Positions 9,792 to 20,300 of a stretch of DNA of 64,000 nucleotides are shown in pieces (position 1 is the stretch's first letter; each line of letters starts with the position of its first letter). Below the pieces are notes generated by a model. The model had not been told where the DNA came from. It did not search any database and saw only the letters and a program-made list of their open reading frames with translations. A program made the position numbers and the translations under genes. This stretch comes from an uncultured virus (IMG/VR IMGVR_UViG_3300011906_000002) (Duplodnaviria; Heunggongvirae; Uroviricota; Caudoviricetes), in IMG/VR virus record IMGVR_UViG_3300011906_000002, positions 62,001 through 126,000 of that record, one strand, 5' to 3'.

Positions 9792-10244
9792 ATGGAAGAC
9801 TTCTTGGTAGGCATTGCCCCACAGCCGTCAGACAAAATTCGTGCAGTCACAGGTGGGCTGTACGATTCGATTGTTGTAGGGATCTTCGCGCAAACGCCTA
9901 ACCTCGATGCTGCTTCTTTTCGCCATACTCTGTTGTCAGCACTTACGAGTATGGGGTGGGATTCCCATGCACCGCAGTTGGGGGCGATTGTGCGTTTCAT
10001 TGGGGACCAACCATCTGTCATGCGGATGTCAAGTTTGGTTCAAGACATTCCGTTATCAAAATCATCAGCGCACATTTATCATGCGCCCTTAAGCGCGGAG
10101 TATTACCAACAGTTAGATTACGAGTTCAAACACCTGACACATTTGATCACTTTCCATCCTCACAACGAACCGGTCAATTTAACGGTACGGGGAATGGCGA
10201 AGGCGTATTGTCTTGGGGTGTTGGATGTGGTCACTGACTGGTAG
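9792..10244 (+). CDS. Hypothetical protein
   Basis: ATG 9792, 4 nt after the previous stop, is preferred over the ORF-track start at 9723. 150 aa. Confidence 0.55.
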   Translation: MEDFLVGIAPQPSDKIRAVTGGLYDSIVVGIFAQTPNLDAASFRHTLLSALTSMGWDSHAPQLGAIVRFIGDQPSVMRMSSLVQDIPLSKSSAHIYHAPLSAEYYQQLDYEFKHLTHLITFHPHNEPVNLTVRGMAKAYCLGVLDVVTDW

Positions 10245-10259
10245 TGGGGGAGAGTTGTA

Positions 10260-10931
10260 ATGACCAATCGTAAAGCTGCACAAGAATTGATTTTGAAGTA
10301 CGTCGACAAGTTGCTACCGGGCAGTCCTAACCGGGCTCGTTACGAAGAACTCTTCGCGGGGATGAGCGACAAGCAGTTCGACCAGTTTATGCAACACCTG
10401 GAGTCCGGTGAGGCAAGCCTGTCGATCATCAGTCCCAACCTTACCAAGGATCGTCTGGACCTTAAGCGCAACCTCAAAATTGCTGAGGAGCTTGGCCACG
10501 ACTTCTTCCAACGGTTGGTCTTGACTGATCCGACCACAGGGGTGTCTTACTTAACTCCACTGAAATACATGGTGGTGGACCTTCCGGTACGTCGTCAGGT
10601 ACAGCTGCTTCAGAAGAAAGCCACGATCCCTGAAAGCAACAAACACATCGACGAACTCTCGGGTCAATCGACTGGTGCTTCTAAGGGTTCGAAGATCTCC
10701 TTCCCCGAACTGCAAGTGTTGTTTGCCCAGAACTTGGAAAGTACGATCACTGAACTGATCAAGTTCCGGGGTGGTGACACCAAAGGCTTTAACTCGATGA
10801 ACCGTAGCATCTACGAAACAGGCGGTGCGAGCATCGAACATCTGGCCCAAGCCGGCACCAAGGTTAAGTCAGTAACCACCTTGAGCACCTTGCTCAAAGC
10901 CATGCACTTGGACAACACGTTGGATAAGTAA
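10260..10931 (+). CDS. Virion RNA polymerase beta subunit, C-terminal part (phiKZ gp149-like)
   Basis: 223 aa. LPVRRQVQLLQKK and GQSTGASKGSKISFPE resemble the beta C-terminal GQP..G...GG.RFGEME region. Synteny with uvsX. Confidence 0.8.
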   Translation: MTNRKAAQELILKYVDKLLPGSPNRARYEELFAGMSDKQFDQFMQHLESGEASLSIISPNLTKDRLDLKRNLKIAEELGHDFFQRLVLTDPTTGVSYLTPLKYMVVDLPVRRQVQLLQKKATIPESNKHIDELSGQSTGASKGSKISFPELQVLFAQNLESTITELIKFRGGDTKGFNSMNRSIYETGGASIEHLAQAGTKVKSVTTLSTLLKAMHLDNTLDK

Positions 10932-11434
10932 TGAACCAGAACGAAACATTCACTCACCTGTGTTCCCAAGCGCACCAGATGGTCACGGACTACATCAACC
11001 AGTTGTCCAGCATCAACACAGACCTCAACAACCACATCAAAGAACTCTTTGCTGAACGGGTTAAGGTCTTTCAGTTCGTCATGAAGCTGCGTCTGGATTT
11101 CCAACCGCTCTTTATCACAGATGCGGTGGTCGAAGATCTGTGGGCTGAGATTCGTACTGAGACGGCGTTGCAAGAGATGGTCAGTACGATCACCTTTAAG
11201 ATGTTGACGCATGTCAATTTCGATTTTCATGGTGAAGTGGCTCGAGTGGTATCCCATGCGGTTGAAGCGATGTCCAAAGCACAAGGGGCGTTGGATGCCG
11301 ATTACCACGAACGGATCGTTGCAACCGATGAACTCGAAAGCTTGGTTGTCGAGAATCCCTGGTTTGCTTTGATTTTGCTGATTGCTTTAGGGCGAGATGA
11401 ATATGTCAAACCACAATTCGCTGGCGCCGTCTGA
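10931..11434 (+). CDS. Conserved hypothetical protein
   Basis: 167 aa, translationally coupled (TAATG) to the RNAP subunit gene. Confidence 0.65.
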   Translation: MNQNETFTHLCSQAHQMVTDYINQLSSINTDLNNHIKELFAERVKVFQFVMKLRLDFQPLFITDAVVEDLWAEIRTETALQEMVSTITFKMLTHVNFDFHGEVARVVSHAVEAMSKAQGALDADYHERIVATDELESLVVENPWFALILLIALGRDEYVKPQFAGAV

Positions 11435-12143
11435 GTTCGACCAGACTGTCTACATTGACCTAGACAGCTTGTTAGACACGCGGGTAGGGGTAGTGGCCGT
11501 CAATGACCCTGAAGCGGCTGCTATGCTCATGCAGGAGCCTTACTGGCTACGTGAGTCTGATGACTTTGCAGAGCTGACTGAAGGGCGAGTAACTCATGCA
11601 CTGTTTCGACAGTGGTGGAAAGCTCGAGACAAGCAAGCGGTGGTGGCAGCGCGACCTACCAACATCATCCGTATCTTGGAGCAGTTGAGTGAGTCCTTGG
11701 TCTCCAGCCAAGTCAACCTACCTTTTGTAGCCAAGACCCTGTATCTGGTGAACTACTGGCCGTACCAGTTCGAGCCCCTTGAGGTTCAAGCGATCCAGCA
11801 GGCCTGTGAGATCCTGACCGGTAACGCGGTAGAGGTTAAGATGGTGTCTTGGAGCCCTGAGCAGATGACACCCCAGAAGATCAAACGTGACATCTCGTTG
11901 ATGATCATGTACGACTACTGGGCGTGGATGGAAGCCCAGCGGGATAACTTCGCGATCAGCCCGTTACCTGAGGTAAACCTACTGACGCCTGCCATTAGCC
12001 ACAACCACGTGGTGACACAGGAAGACCGGACCATTGAACATTTTGGGGAGGTCAACCCCTTTGCAGTCAGTGAAATGGTGATGTCGGTGTATATCTCGAT
12101 TCAGATGCTACCGGTGACGTTCTTCAGCTTGTTGCGGACATAA
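11397..12143 (+). CDS. Conserved hypothetical protein with N-terminal HAD-like DxD motif
   Basis: 248 aa. YIDLDSLLDTR resembles HAD motif I; the other HAD motifs are not evident. Confidence 0.55.
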   Translation: MNMSNHNSLAPSEFDQTVYIDLDSLLDTRVGVVAVNDPEAAAMLMQEPYWLRESDDFAELTEGRVTHALFRQWWKARDKQAVVAARPTNIIRILEQLSESLVSSQVNLPFVAKTLYLVNYWPYQFEPLEVQAIQQACEILTGNAVEVKMVSWSPEQMTPQKIKRDISLMIMYDYWAWMEAQRDNFAISPLPEVNLLTPAISHNHVVTQEDRTIEHFGEVNPFAVSEMVMSVYISIQMLPVTFFSLLRT

Positions 12144-12177
12144 ACAGGGCGGGTCAACCCCGCCCTGTATGCCGTCA
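12139..12177. terminator. Bidirectional hairpin/TATGCC element; near-identical copy at 15288..15325
   Basis: CATAAACAGGGCGGGTCAACCCCGCCCTGTATGCCGTCA between convergent genes. Confidence 0.75.
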
Positions 12178-12208
12178 GTAAACCGTTACCGAATACCCAG
12201 ATGATATG

Positions 12209-12619
12209 TTAATCTTCAAACTGTTTAACGAATTCGTTGAAATCATGTGACTCTACCCCGATGTTCATTTCACCGGGGACTGGGTTAGCCGAAGGCAAGA
12301 GCTTTGTGTCCGGCTCAGGGAATGCATCGATGATCACCCCGGAGTTGTTGTTCTCAAAAGGGTTTTTGCTACCGAAGTGTTTGATCACATCGGTAATGGC
12401 TTGAGCAACCAACTCGTTAGTACCGGCCAGTTTCTCGTCGGTCTTTATGCGCTTGTTCCCCAATGCTGTGCGATCCATGTCAGCCAGTAGGCGCATCAGC
12501 GCTTCTTGGTCTTCGGCAGTGGCGGGGATACCGTTAGACGTGTAGTGATCGAGGAGCTTTTTACGCTGACCTTGGGTTAGACGGATGATCTCGTCATCAG
12601 TCAATGTGAATTCGGACAT
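12209..12619 (-). CDS. Conserved hypothetical protein
   Basis: 136 aa with AAGGA SD. Confidence 0.65.
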   Translation of the reverse strand: MSEFTLTDDEIIRLTQGQRKKLLDHYTSNGIPATAEDQEALMRLLADMDRTALGNKRIKTDEKLAGTNELVAQAITDVIKHFGSKNPFENNNSGVIIDAFPEPDTKLLPSANPVPGEMNIGVESHDFNEFVKQFED

Positions 12620-13253
12620 GGTGATTTCCTTGAAAAATATTACAAACCTATATTATGTTTTCGAACAGTACCTACGAAAACTCTTTGGCAGGCCTCGTAT
12701 TGAGACTGTGGAAGAGGCCGTAAGTCGCATTCGTTCGGAACATACCGACAATGGCTACCTTCATAGGAATGTGGTCTATTGCCTTAAGCTTTTGAATCTA
12801 CTAGATTGCGAAGACTTGAGGGGATACGTGGTATCGGTTGGAACTCGCATCCAACTAAACACTGCGCATCCAAATGCTTACGAGCTGATTCGGTTACTCA
12901 ATCAAGCCAGTAAGCAAGTTTCGTCGAGTGAGACTGTGTCCGAAAAGATTCAACGCAGTCGGGAAAACCCTTTAAACTTAAGGCGAGTAACGCTGGATGA
13001 CTATCTGGTCACCCCAGTCGATGCGCCCATTGTACCGTTGGAGGTATATAATGCTGTCATCTTACAATTGGAATTTATCCAAAAAGGACTCACCAGCGCC
13101 GGCTTGACGCGTCAGGGAAGTGTCGATTACTACAATCGGCAACTGTCTCACCTGATGGGTGAAGTTGAGGCACTCACGCTGGCCTTTTTGGAGATCCCCC
13201 ATGTACGACAGAGAAAACCGCAGTCAGATGTTGGAGATTCTCCACGACCCTGA
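12585..13253 (+). CDS. Hypothetical protein (true start probably downstream, e.g. GTG 12708)
   Basis: Long ORF, but its 5' part overlaps the divergent gene and the putative promoter. Confidence 0.55.
   Translation: MISSSVNVNSDMVISLKNITNLYYVFEQYLRKLFGRPRIETVEEAVSRIRSEHTDNGYLHRNVVYCLKLLNLLDCEDLRGYVVSVGTRIQLNTAHPNAYELIRLLNQASKQVSSSETVSEKIQRSRENPLNLRRVTLDDYLVTPVDAPIVPLEVYNAVILQLEFIQKGLTSAGLTRQGSVDYYNRQLSHLMGEVEALTLAFLEIPHVRQRKPQSDVGDSPRP
12648..12668 (+). promoter_or_regulatory. Probable early promoter (variant CTATATTAT-N6-GAACAG)
   Basis: One mismatch to CTATATTAC, same N6-GAA spacing as the other four copies, AT-rich upstream. Confidence 0.5.
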
Positions 13254-13707
13254 CAAGAAGATAGACGAGGCGCGGGATGTCTTAAGCAAGGCGTTTCGCA
13301 CCATCCTGCGGGAGTCTCGGTTTAGTGTGATTGACTGGAATACCAATATGCCTCGGTATCTCGGTGACGCACGCAACCGTATTCCCCAGAATGGCAAGGA
13401 CATGTCGTCCGCGCGCGGTAACTTGTCTAAAGAGCTGTCCCGTAACACCATGACGTGGAACGTGTTCATGAAGGGCTTGTCCTTCATCAATCCCGTCTCC
13501 GCTAAACTCACCCTTGAAATCGAGTTTGAAAAGGAGAAGATCGTACTCCCCATGACGATCTATCGTAAGTCTCCTGGACAAGCACGCCCTACCCCTAGCC
13601 CGTATCGAATGGTGAATACCCCTTTGATCGACCCACAAACTGGACGTCTCAACGAGAACATGGAGAAGATTCGTCGTAGCGGCATTGGCGAAAAACTCTC
13701 TACCTAG
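13201..13707 (+). CDS. Conserved hypothetical protein
   Basis: ATG 13201 with GGAG SD; 168 aa. Confidence 0.65.
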   Translation: MYDRENRSQMLEILHDPDKKIDEARDVLSKAFRTILRESRFSVIDWNTNMPRYLGDARNRIPQNGKDMSSARGNLSKELSRNTMTWNVFMKGLSFINPVSAKLTLEIEFEKEKIVLPMTIYRKSPGQARPTPSPYRMVNTPLIDPQTGRLNENMEKIRRSGIGEKLST

Positions 13708-13712
13708 CACCC

Positions 13713-13741
13713 AAGCGCAGGGCAACCTGCGCTTTATGCCC
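13713..13741 (+). terminator. Hairpin + TATGCC element
   Basis: AAGCGCAGG-GCAA-CCTGCGCTT-TATGCCC. Confidence 0.7.
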
Positions 13742-13755
13742 TTTAAGGATTCACT

Positions 13756-14214
13756 ATGGAACTGACTCCTCTGCAAGACGGCATCACGCATTGCAATGTG
13801 TACAGCAAGGGGAAGACTGAGTTAGGACGTTGGCTCACCAATCCTTCACCCTTAGGCTTTGTTCATCCAAACTTCGGACACTTTAATACGGCTGAGGGTT
13901 TGCACTTCTTCCTGAAGACCGGAATGATCGACTACGATTACGCCAATCTCTCAGGCTTTGAAGCCCGTAAGAAAGGCAAAGCCGATCACAAGAACTACCA
14001 ACACAATCCCCAGTTCGATCACCTGATGCGGGTGGGTTGGATTTGTAAGATCACCCAGAACTCTGAGTTGTATTACCGGGTGTTGGATAACAAGTTGCCT
14101 TTGGTTCACTATTACTACTACGGCCGTGAAGACAATTGTAAGGTAATCCCTGACACCTCGGACTTTGCTAGCCGACTCACTGAGGTTTGTGACTTCATTG
14201 CTGGGCGTGAATAA
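13756..14214 (+). CDS. Phage protein, possible NADAR-superfamily member
   Basis: DGITHCNVYSKGKTELGRWLTN...F....GHFNTAEGLHFFLK resembles the NADAR LSNF/F.S.E..Y...K core. TAAGGA SD. Confidence 0.45.
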   Translation: MELTPLQDGITHCNVYSKGKTELGRWLTNPSPLGFVHPNFGHFNTAEGLHFFLKTGMIDYDYANLSGFEARKKGKADHKNYQHNPQFDHLMRVGWICKITQNSELYYRVLDNKLPLVHYYYYGREDNCKVIPDTSDFASRLTEVCDFIAGRE

Positions 14215-14239
14215 TATGAGCGACACCTTTTAAAGCTTG

Positions 14240-14261
14240 GGACTTCGGTCCCTTTTTTTTT
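14240..14261 (+). terminator. Canonical intrinsic terminator
   Basis: GGGAC-TTCG-GTCCC followed by a T9 tract. Confidence 0.8.
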
Positions 14262-14278
14262 GACCTTCGGAGAGCACA

Positions 14279-15283
14279 ATGGCTTCTAAGAAGAGAATGA
14301 CGTCACTGTTCGAATCAGGACCCATTGATGACCTGTTGACGGTTGATGCCTACAAGGTAAAGAAACAAGAAACCTTAAACAACATACCGGACTTGTTGGT
14401 CAACTCAGCCGAAGGGGCTGTAGATAAGATCAAGAAGAACCCACGGTTGATTAAGTCCCTCGCCAGTGACCTTGACAGGCTCTCTGCGGGACGTATGTCC
14501 AAAATGGATGTGCTGACCAACCTTGGTAAGAAACTCGGCGGAGGAGGGCTTACAAAGTCTTTGACAGCAGGTGTTCAAAGTAAGCTGTTTAAGACCATGG
14601 AAACCTTTGGGGTCAACTCAAACATCACCAAAGACTTAATGGTCTTGGGTCGCGAGGGTGCCAAAGCGTATGTCCGAGGCGACTTCAATGACTTTAAAGG
14701 GGTCTCGGATCTGGTTAAACGGATCAGTGGTCAAACTGATCTCTTTGAACTCTTTGACATTGCCTCTGAAGTGGCTGTGTTCAGTACAATCTTGGAGTAC
14801 AGCATTGAGGCCGGTCTAACCGACTTGATTCCAGGGCTGCTCAATACTGCACGTGATGAAGAGATCATTCGGCGTTCGTATTCCTTAAACGTACGGGTCA
14901 CTATCGCCCAGAGTAACTTAACCCTACTCAACCAGATCATGGACAAGATCGGGGTCGGTGGTGTATTGGCACAAGTACCTGATGCAACGCGGCAGATTCT
15001 GACCTTCTACAAGTCGCCTAGTCGTGGAGCTATAGCACAACAAGCTGAAGAGCTTGCGTTGTTACTCAGTACCCTTAAGCGTATCAATCCACAATGGGAC
15101 CAGTACAACCGTAAGGGTGAGATCATTCCAGACCTTGCCCCTTTTGCGTATGCGTCAAAGGCGGCTAAGACAGTCCTTGGTAGCAGTCCTGAGTATCAAC
15201 TACAGGTAATGGTAGCACCGCTTTACCGCAGTGAAAACCTGCTTAACCTGTATCAAAAGCAATACCCTCGAGTTGCATTCTAG
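14279..15283 (+). CDS. Conserved phiKZ-like protein, probably structural (tail region)
   Basis: 334 aa, GGAG SD, convergent with the gp182-like gene. Confidence 0.55.
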   Translation: MASKKRMTSLFESGPIDDLLTVDAYKVKKQETLNNIPDLLVNSAEGAVDKIKKNPRLIKSLASDLDRLSAGRMSKMDVLTNLGKKLGGGGLTKSLTAGVQSKLFKTMETFGVNSNITKDLMVLGREGAKAYVRGDFNDFKGVSDLVKRISGQTDLFELFDIASEVAVFSTILEYSIEAGLTDLIPGLLNTARDEEIIRRSYSLNVRVTIAQSNLTLLNQIMDKIGVGGVLAQVPDATRQILTFYKSPSRGAIAQQAEELALLLSTLKRINPQWDQYNRKGEIIPDLAPFAYASKAAKTVLGSSPEYQLQVMVAPLYRSENLLNLYQKQYPRVAF

Positions 15284-15287
15284 CGGG

Positions 15288-15325
15288 CATAAACAGGGCG
15301 GGTCACCCCGCCCTGTATGCCGTCA
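15288..15325. terminator. Bidirectional hairpin/TATGCC element; near-identical copy of 12139..12177
   Basis: CATAAACAGGGCGGGTCACCCCGCCCTGTATGCCGTCA. Confidence 0.75.
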
Positions 15326-17308
15326 AAGACTCATACCCACAGATTTAGCTGAGATCAAGCGTGCTGGAGAGCTACCCATAATCCAGTTAGTGAAGTGAGA
15401 AGCTGAGAACCAGGTGTTCATGGCACTGAACTGACGCGTCATGTTGATGCGCAGCTTTTGCATGGCGTAAACCTGTTCAGTCAAACTCAAGCTGGAGAGG
15501 GTCGCCAAGTAGTCTGAGTAAACACTGTCTGAGTCAAAGAAGCCTTTGGCAAAGTCAGTACCGGCCGCTAGACCCAGTGCACTACCTGCTCGTCCTAAGA
15601 AGCCTGTTGCACTACTACTCACAGAAGCTGCACGAGCCACCAGTCCTGCCGCCCCTGCCAACTCTACGGCGTCGCTGGTATCAAAGCCTGCAGTGATGGG
15701 CATGTGCATGATGGATGACATGTCCATGACGCTGAAGCTGACGTTGATCCCCAATGGCTTCATATCACGCGTCCAACCCAAGTTACCTTCACCTCGACTG
15801 ATTTGAAGGTTTTGGATCATCCCCAGACGGGTTTGGGTACGCCCTTTGTCATACACCTCACACAAGAACGGACTGGTGTAGGATTGCTTACCAGTAGAGA
15901 TCGGTAGGCTACCTGCTAACAGCATGCTCAAGGGGATAAACAGGTCCGTGAAGCGACTGTAGTCATTTCCGTAGGGGGTACGCAGCTTGATCTGATAATC
16001 CGCCTTAGGGAGGTCCGCAGACGAGCTGTCCCACATCTTTGGAATGTCGGCAATCGCAGAACCTGAGAACGCCAACAACCCTTGTAGGTTCACAGCGGAT
16101 GCCAAACCTTCTAAGTAGGCACCACCCATCTTAAGCATGTCGTCGATAAACGCAATGCCGGTTTGACCGTCGGCTGAACTGAATCGCGCTTGACGGGCAC
16201 CGGAAGATAGACCATTCAACTTACTGGAAATCTCAGGTTCGGTCGCACTGTTACTGAACGATTCTGAAACCGTACCTGTGTGCTCCACGTGGAAGGTGAC
16301 GAACTGAGAACCGTCTTCGTATTCAGCTTCAAAGAACCGAGCCGTCTTTTCGGTGAAGGACATCTTCTTGCCCACCACATCCACCGCCCCGTTGTCTTCA
16401 TTCTCTCCTTTCTCATTCAGAGAGTGCCAAGACTTAAGGTACGCTTCGTAAGATTCAAAGCCGCGCTGGGTGTTGGTGTAGCGACCTGAGTCCACCATCG
16501 CTTGGATCTTAGCTTGAACTGCTTCGGCACTCTCCCCAGTTTCCAAGGCTTTGTTCAGTTCACGACGTTGTTCATTCGCCAACCGTTGTGCCCGTGAAGC
16601 CAAGGAGTAGACATCAATCTCACCAGACTCGTGCCAAATCTCAGGGTTGAGTTTCTGGTAACGTTTACCAATCGCCGCAGTGTATTCGGGCTCACCTTTA
16701 ACAGTAGCCTTTTCTGCATTGGCCATAATGCGTGGAACCAGACCCATGTTCACTGCAATACCGTTAGCGATGGTGTTCACAGCGTTCCAGTACAATGGCA
16801 TCGTTGGCTTCAAGTAGTAGTACTTGGAAGTGTCACGACCCATCAGAAATTGCAACGCAGCACCGGCTGCGGTAAACAACTGAATCGGTAGAGGGAACAG
16901 GGTCCCCGTGACCTTACCAATCGAGAAGGCAAGATCATAACTTCGACCCGTACGTGCCATGCGTGCCGTTTGCGGGTTGAAGAAGTTGAAGAAATAGTTC
17001 AATAGTGAGTTGAACTGAGGGACGCCAAAACGCATGTGGATCAGCTGTGCGCTGTCGTCAATCGCTTCGCTGTAGTACCGCCCCATGCCTTTAGAGCCTG
17101 AGAACAAACTCGGTACGGGAATGTCAGCAAAGCGGGTGAATTGATAGGGTGGGTTAATGGCAAAGTTGCCGCCCACAGTGGTGTCGGTAAATTTGAACCG
17201 TGCATCACTCAGTGTACGACGCAGTGCATCCGAATTGGAGATCGTGCGTTTGGGGAGCATGAACGACTGTCGAACCCAGTCCACGTCACGCAAAGGAGAA
17301 GTCGACAT
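15323..17308 (-). CDS. Virion tail/baseplate structural protein (phiKZ gp182-like)
   Basis: 661 aa, immediately downstream of the tape-measure/lysin gene. GAGG SD. Size and position match phiKZ gp182. Confidence 0.7.
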   Translation of the reverse strand: MSTSPLRDVDWVRQSFMLPKRTISNSDALRRTLSDARFKFTDTTVGGNFAINPPYQFTRFADIPVPSLFSGSKGMGRYYSEAIDDSAQLIHMRFGVPQFNSLLNYFFNFFNPQTARMARTGRSYDLAFSIGKVTGTLFPLPIQLFTAAGAALQFLMGRDTSKYYYLKPTMPLYWNAVNTIANGIAVNMGLVPRIMANAEKATVKGEPEYTAAIGKRYQKLNPEIWHESGEIDVYSLASRAQRLANEQRRELNKALETGESAEAVQAKIQAMVDSGRYTNTQRGFESYEAYLKSWHSLNEKGENEDNGAVDVVGKKMSFTEKTARFFEAEYEDGSQFVTFHVEHTGTVSESFSNSATEPEISSKLNGLSSGARQARFSSADGQTGIAFIDDMLKMGGAYLEGLASAVNLQGLLAFSGSAIADIPKMWDSSSADLPKADYQIKLRTPYGNDYSRFTDLFIPLSMLLAGSLPISTGKQSYTSPFLCEVYDKGRTQTRLGMIQNLQISRGEGNLGWTRDMKPLGINVSFSVMDMSSIMHMPITAGFDTSDAVELAGAAGLVARAASVSSSATGFLGRAGSALGLAAGTDFAKGFFDSDSVYSDYLATLSSLSLTEQVYAMQKLRINMTRQFSAMNTWFSASHFTNWIMGSSPARLISAKSVGMSL

Positions 17309-17325
17309 AAACTTACCTCGGACCA

Positions 17326-17367
17326 GAAAAAAGGAAAAAGAAAGGAGGGGAGTTGCCTCCCCTCCTG
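17326..17367 (-). terminator. Intrinsic terminator
   Basis: Minus strand: AGGAGGGGAG-GCAA-CTCCCCTCCT followed by TTCTTTTTCCTTTTTT. Confidence 0.75.
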
Positions 17368-17370
17368 ACT

Positions 17371-20300
17371 TCAGTTACCACTGACGCGACGACGGAAGTT
17401 AATCGGCGTGAGTGACGCCGGTGTTGCTTCAGCACGCTTAGGGATTGAACTGGATGGTGGGGTCGGTGTGGTAGCTTTCTTAGGCTCCTCGGTGACACCC
17501 ATCTGCTTGGCCAGTTGCTGAATCCCAACATCAATGTTCTTAAGGCTTGCATCCATAGACATTTGTATCTCAAGCTGCTGTTTCATCAATGTTTCAACGG
17601 CAGCTGTGTTGGCTTGGGTTTGCTTTGAGACCTCAGTTGATTGACGTTGTACGTTCGCCGCTTGCTGAGCCTTACGCTGTTGTTGTTCAACCATGGCTTC
17701 AGGGGTGATGTTCGCCGCTGTAGGTGGTGCTAACAGGTTTGGCACTTCAATCGTTGCGTTAAGTGCTTGTCCAGGCTTGCGACCTGGGCTGGCTGGGTTA
17801 GTGATGGACGTCGTAGACGGACCTACAGGTGCCAACAACGAGGTGGGGTTATTCACCGCGTCAACCTGTTCACTTTCAACCGGCAATGGTGCTGTGTCTT
17901 CTGCCGCACCAACAACGTTCAGCGTGAATGAGCGACCGCCCATCTTCTGCATGAGGGCTGCCAATGCAGGCTTGCTTTCGAGCACCGCACTTTGGTTGTT
18001 CAACCGTCCTCGGCTCATGCCAAGTATGATACAACCTTGTACATCTGATTTCAGTCCACGGTCAGTGTTGCCTGCAGTGTTACCGGCATGGATCAGGATC
18101 GCTGACCGATTCGGTACACCTTTGACTTCATAGACCGTTCCAAACTTAGGCGAGTTACGAATCTCAACCTTGTACGTACCCGGTGGGATACAGGACTTAC
18201 CCGTTTCGTTGTTACGCCACGGAAGTTCTAAGGTATTGAACGAAGAGCCGCCTGGTAGAGTTAGAACGCCGTACGTACCGTCTTCTTTCGAAGGTTCGCG
18301 TACCAACATGGCTTGACCGCCTTGCTGTGCAGTCGTAGGGTCTACCGTTGGGTTGACTGGCTTGCTGGTGCTGGTGTAGCTGGGTGACGCCCCTTGTGGG
18401 GACGGGGCACCGCTTTCAGATTTAAGAATGCCCACCGGTCCGCTGTTGGCTGCTGGCGCCGAAGCGTTAGGCAGCGTGGTCAGAGTACCCAATGTGGACG
18501 ATGGAGTGGTTGGAACGCTTGAAGCTGCGGTAACACCTGGGATCACTGGAGCCGAAGCCACAGCACGCACTTCACCCATACCGGCTAACTTGCGCGCATC
18601 GTTACCTGAGTTGTAGCGCCAGACTGACATCCGTGAATCGATCTCTGCCTGTACTTGTGCCACCGTACGGGCTTTGCCATCCTTGCTAAAGAAGATGCCT
18701 TCGTTGTTACGTGCCGCCGCAGGCATGACTTTCGATGCCACTTCGTTCGGGTTACTACTGAGGAATTTCTTCGCTCCATTGGCCCCAAAGAAATGTGACA
18801 AATACAGGTCGATGTCTGTAGCATCACGTCCAAACTCTTGCTTGAACTTCTTGGCGTTTTCTTTCAGGTATTCAGCACCCATCAACGCGTTAGCCCGTGG
18901 GTCCAAGACGTCAGCGTCTTCGGACAGTCCGTACTTCTTCCCGTACTTCTTCAGCATTTCTGCCCAAGTTTCGTCGGTGAATTGGTACAGTCCCTTGGCT
19001 GAGCCTTTGGGTGCACCTACCCGCCCACGGAAGGACGATTCCATGCCGGCCATGGTTGCCATCAACGCCGGGTCTACACCCGCCATCTTCGAGGCTGCCA
19101 CAATCAGATCACGGTAAGACATGTACTGACCTTCAGGACCGCCCACACCAGGTAGTGACGTCCAGATACCTCCTTCGGCTTCAACACCCATTACCGCCAT
19201 TCCACCACCGGTCATTCCACGTTCTGTCGAAACAGGCGCAGAGCCGTACATGGCGTTCTGGAGAGGTGTGGTGTAGGTCGCATTCGGATTAGCCACTGCA
19301 CGAGCAGCCGCCATGCTGACTTGACCTTTGGTGGTCTGTCCTGCAGTCGGTGCACCACTACCACCCTTGTTTGCGTTTGCCTTTTCAGCCAAGATGGTTC
19401 GACGGGCCGCTTCTTCCAACACCAACATGAACGGTGCAATACTACTTGGGTCCATGTTAGGTTCATGACGGTCGTACGGAATGTCTGCAATGCTCCACAC
19501 CGAAATCCGATCAGCCACTTTAGCATCCGGGTTACTGGACGCTTGTGCAATGAACCGGGCAATCTCGAGCACTTGTGGTGGTCGTAGACGATCGGCTGCA
19601 TCGAACGGGTTACCGTTTTGATCGAAGGCGTAAACAGAGCTTAAGTAGGCCAAGAACACCGGCAAGAAACGCTTGGTAAACCAGGCATTCCACTGGGTCA
19701 TGACTTCTTCAGATTCCGTGTTGGTGACAAACATCCCACCAACTTGTTTGAACAGACCTTTGGCATCACCGTTCCACGTTGCTCGGCCACGACCGTTGTA
19801 CGAGACATCCTTGATCAGGATTTCCTCGAGCTTCGACAGTGGCTGCGCTTTGCTGTACTCCATGACGGACAAGCCGTACAGGCGGTACCGGATACTGGTT
19901 AAGGCATCGATCTCGCGATTGAGGATCGAGGGGACCTTGAACTCTTCGGTGAAGAATTTACCTTTGATCCATTCAAACATCGACTTGCCTAAGCCCGCCA
20001 ATTTCTCAGCAGCCTTGATGGCAACCCCGGCCATGATCCCGATGGGGGTGTACTTCATCAGCACGTCTTTGACCGTACCAAGAGCCCGCGACAAGATCCC
20101 AGGTTTCTCACCTGCAGTGGCGCTTGCTACAGCCGCAGCAGCGGCAGCTCCACCGGCAGCAGCGGCTTCTGGTTTAGCCTGTTGACCTACCTCAGCGGTG
20201 TAGTCATTCTTCAACTGAAGCGCAATGGCTTCAACGTCGTCTGTCTCCATCGCCAAGTTACCTTCCTGCATCGGATGGTCCAAGAATTGGTAGGCGTTGT

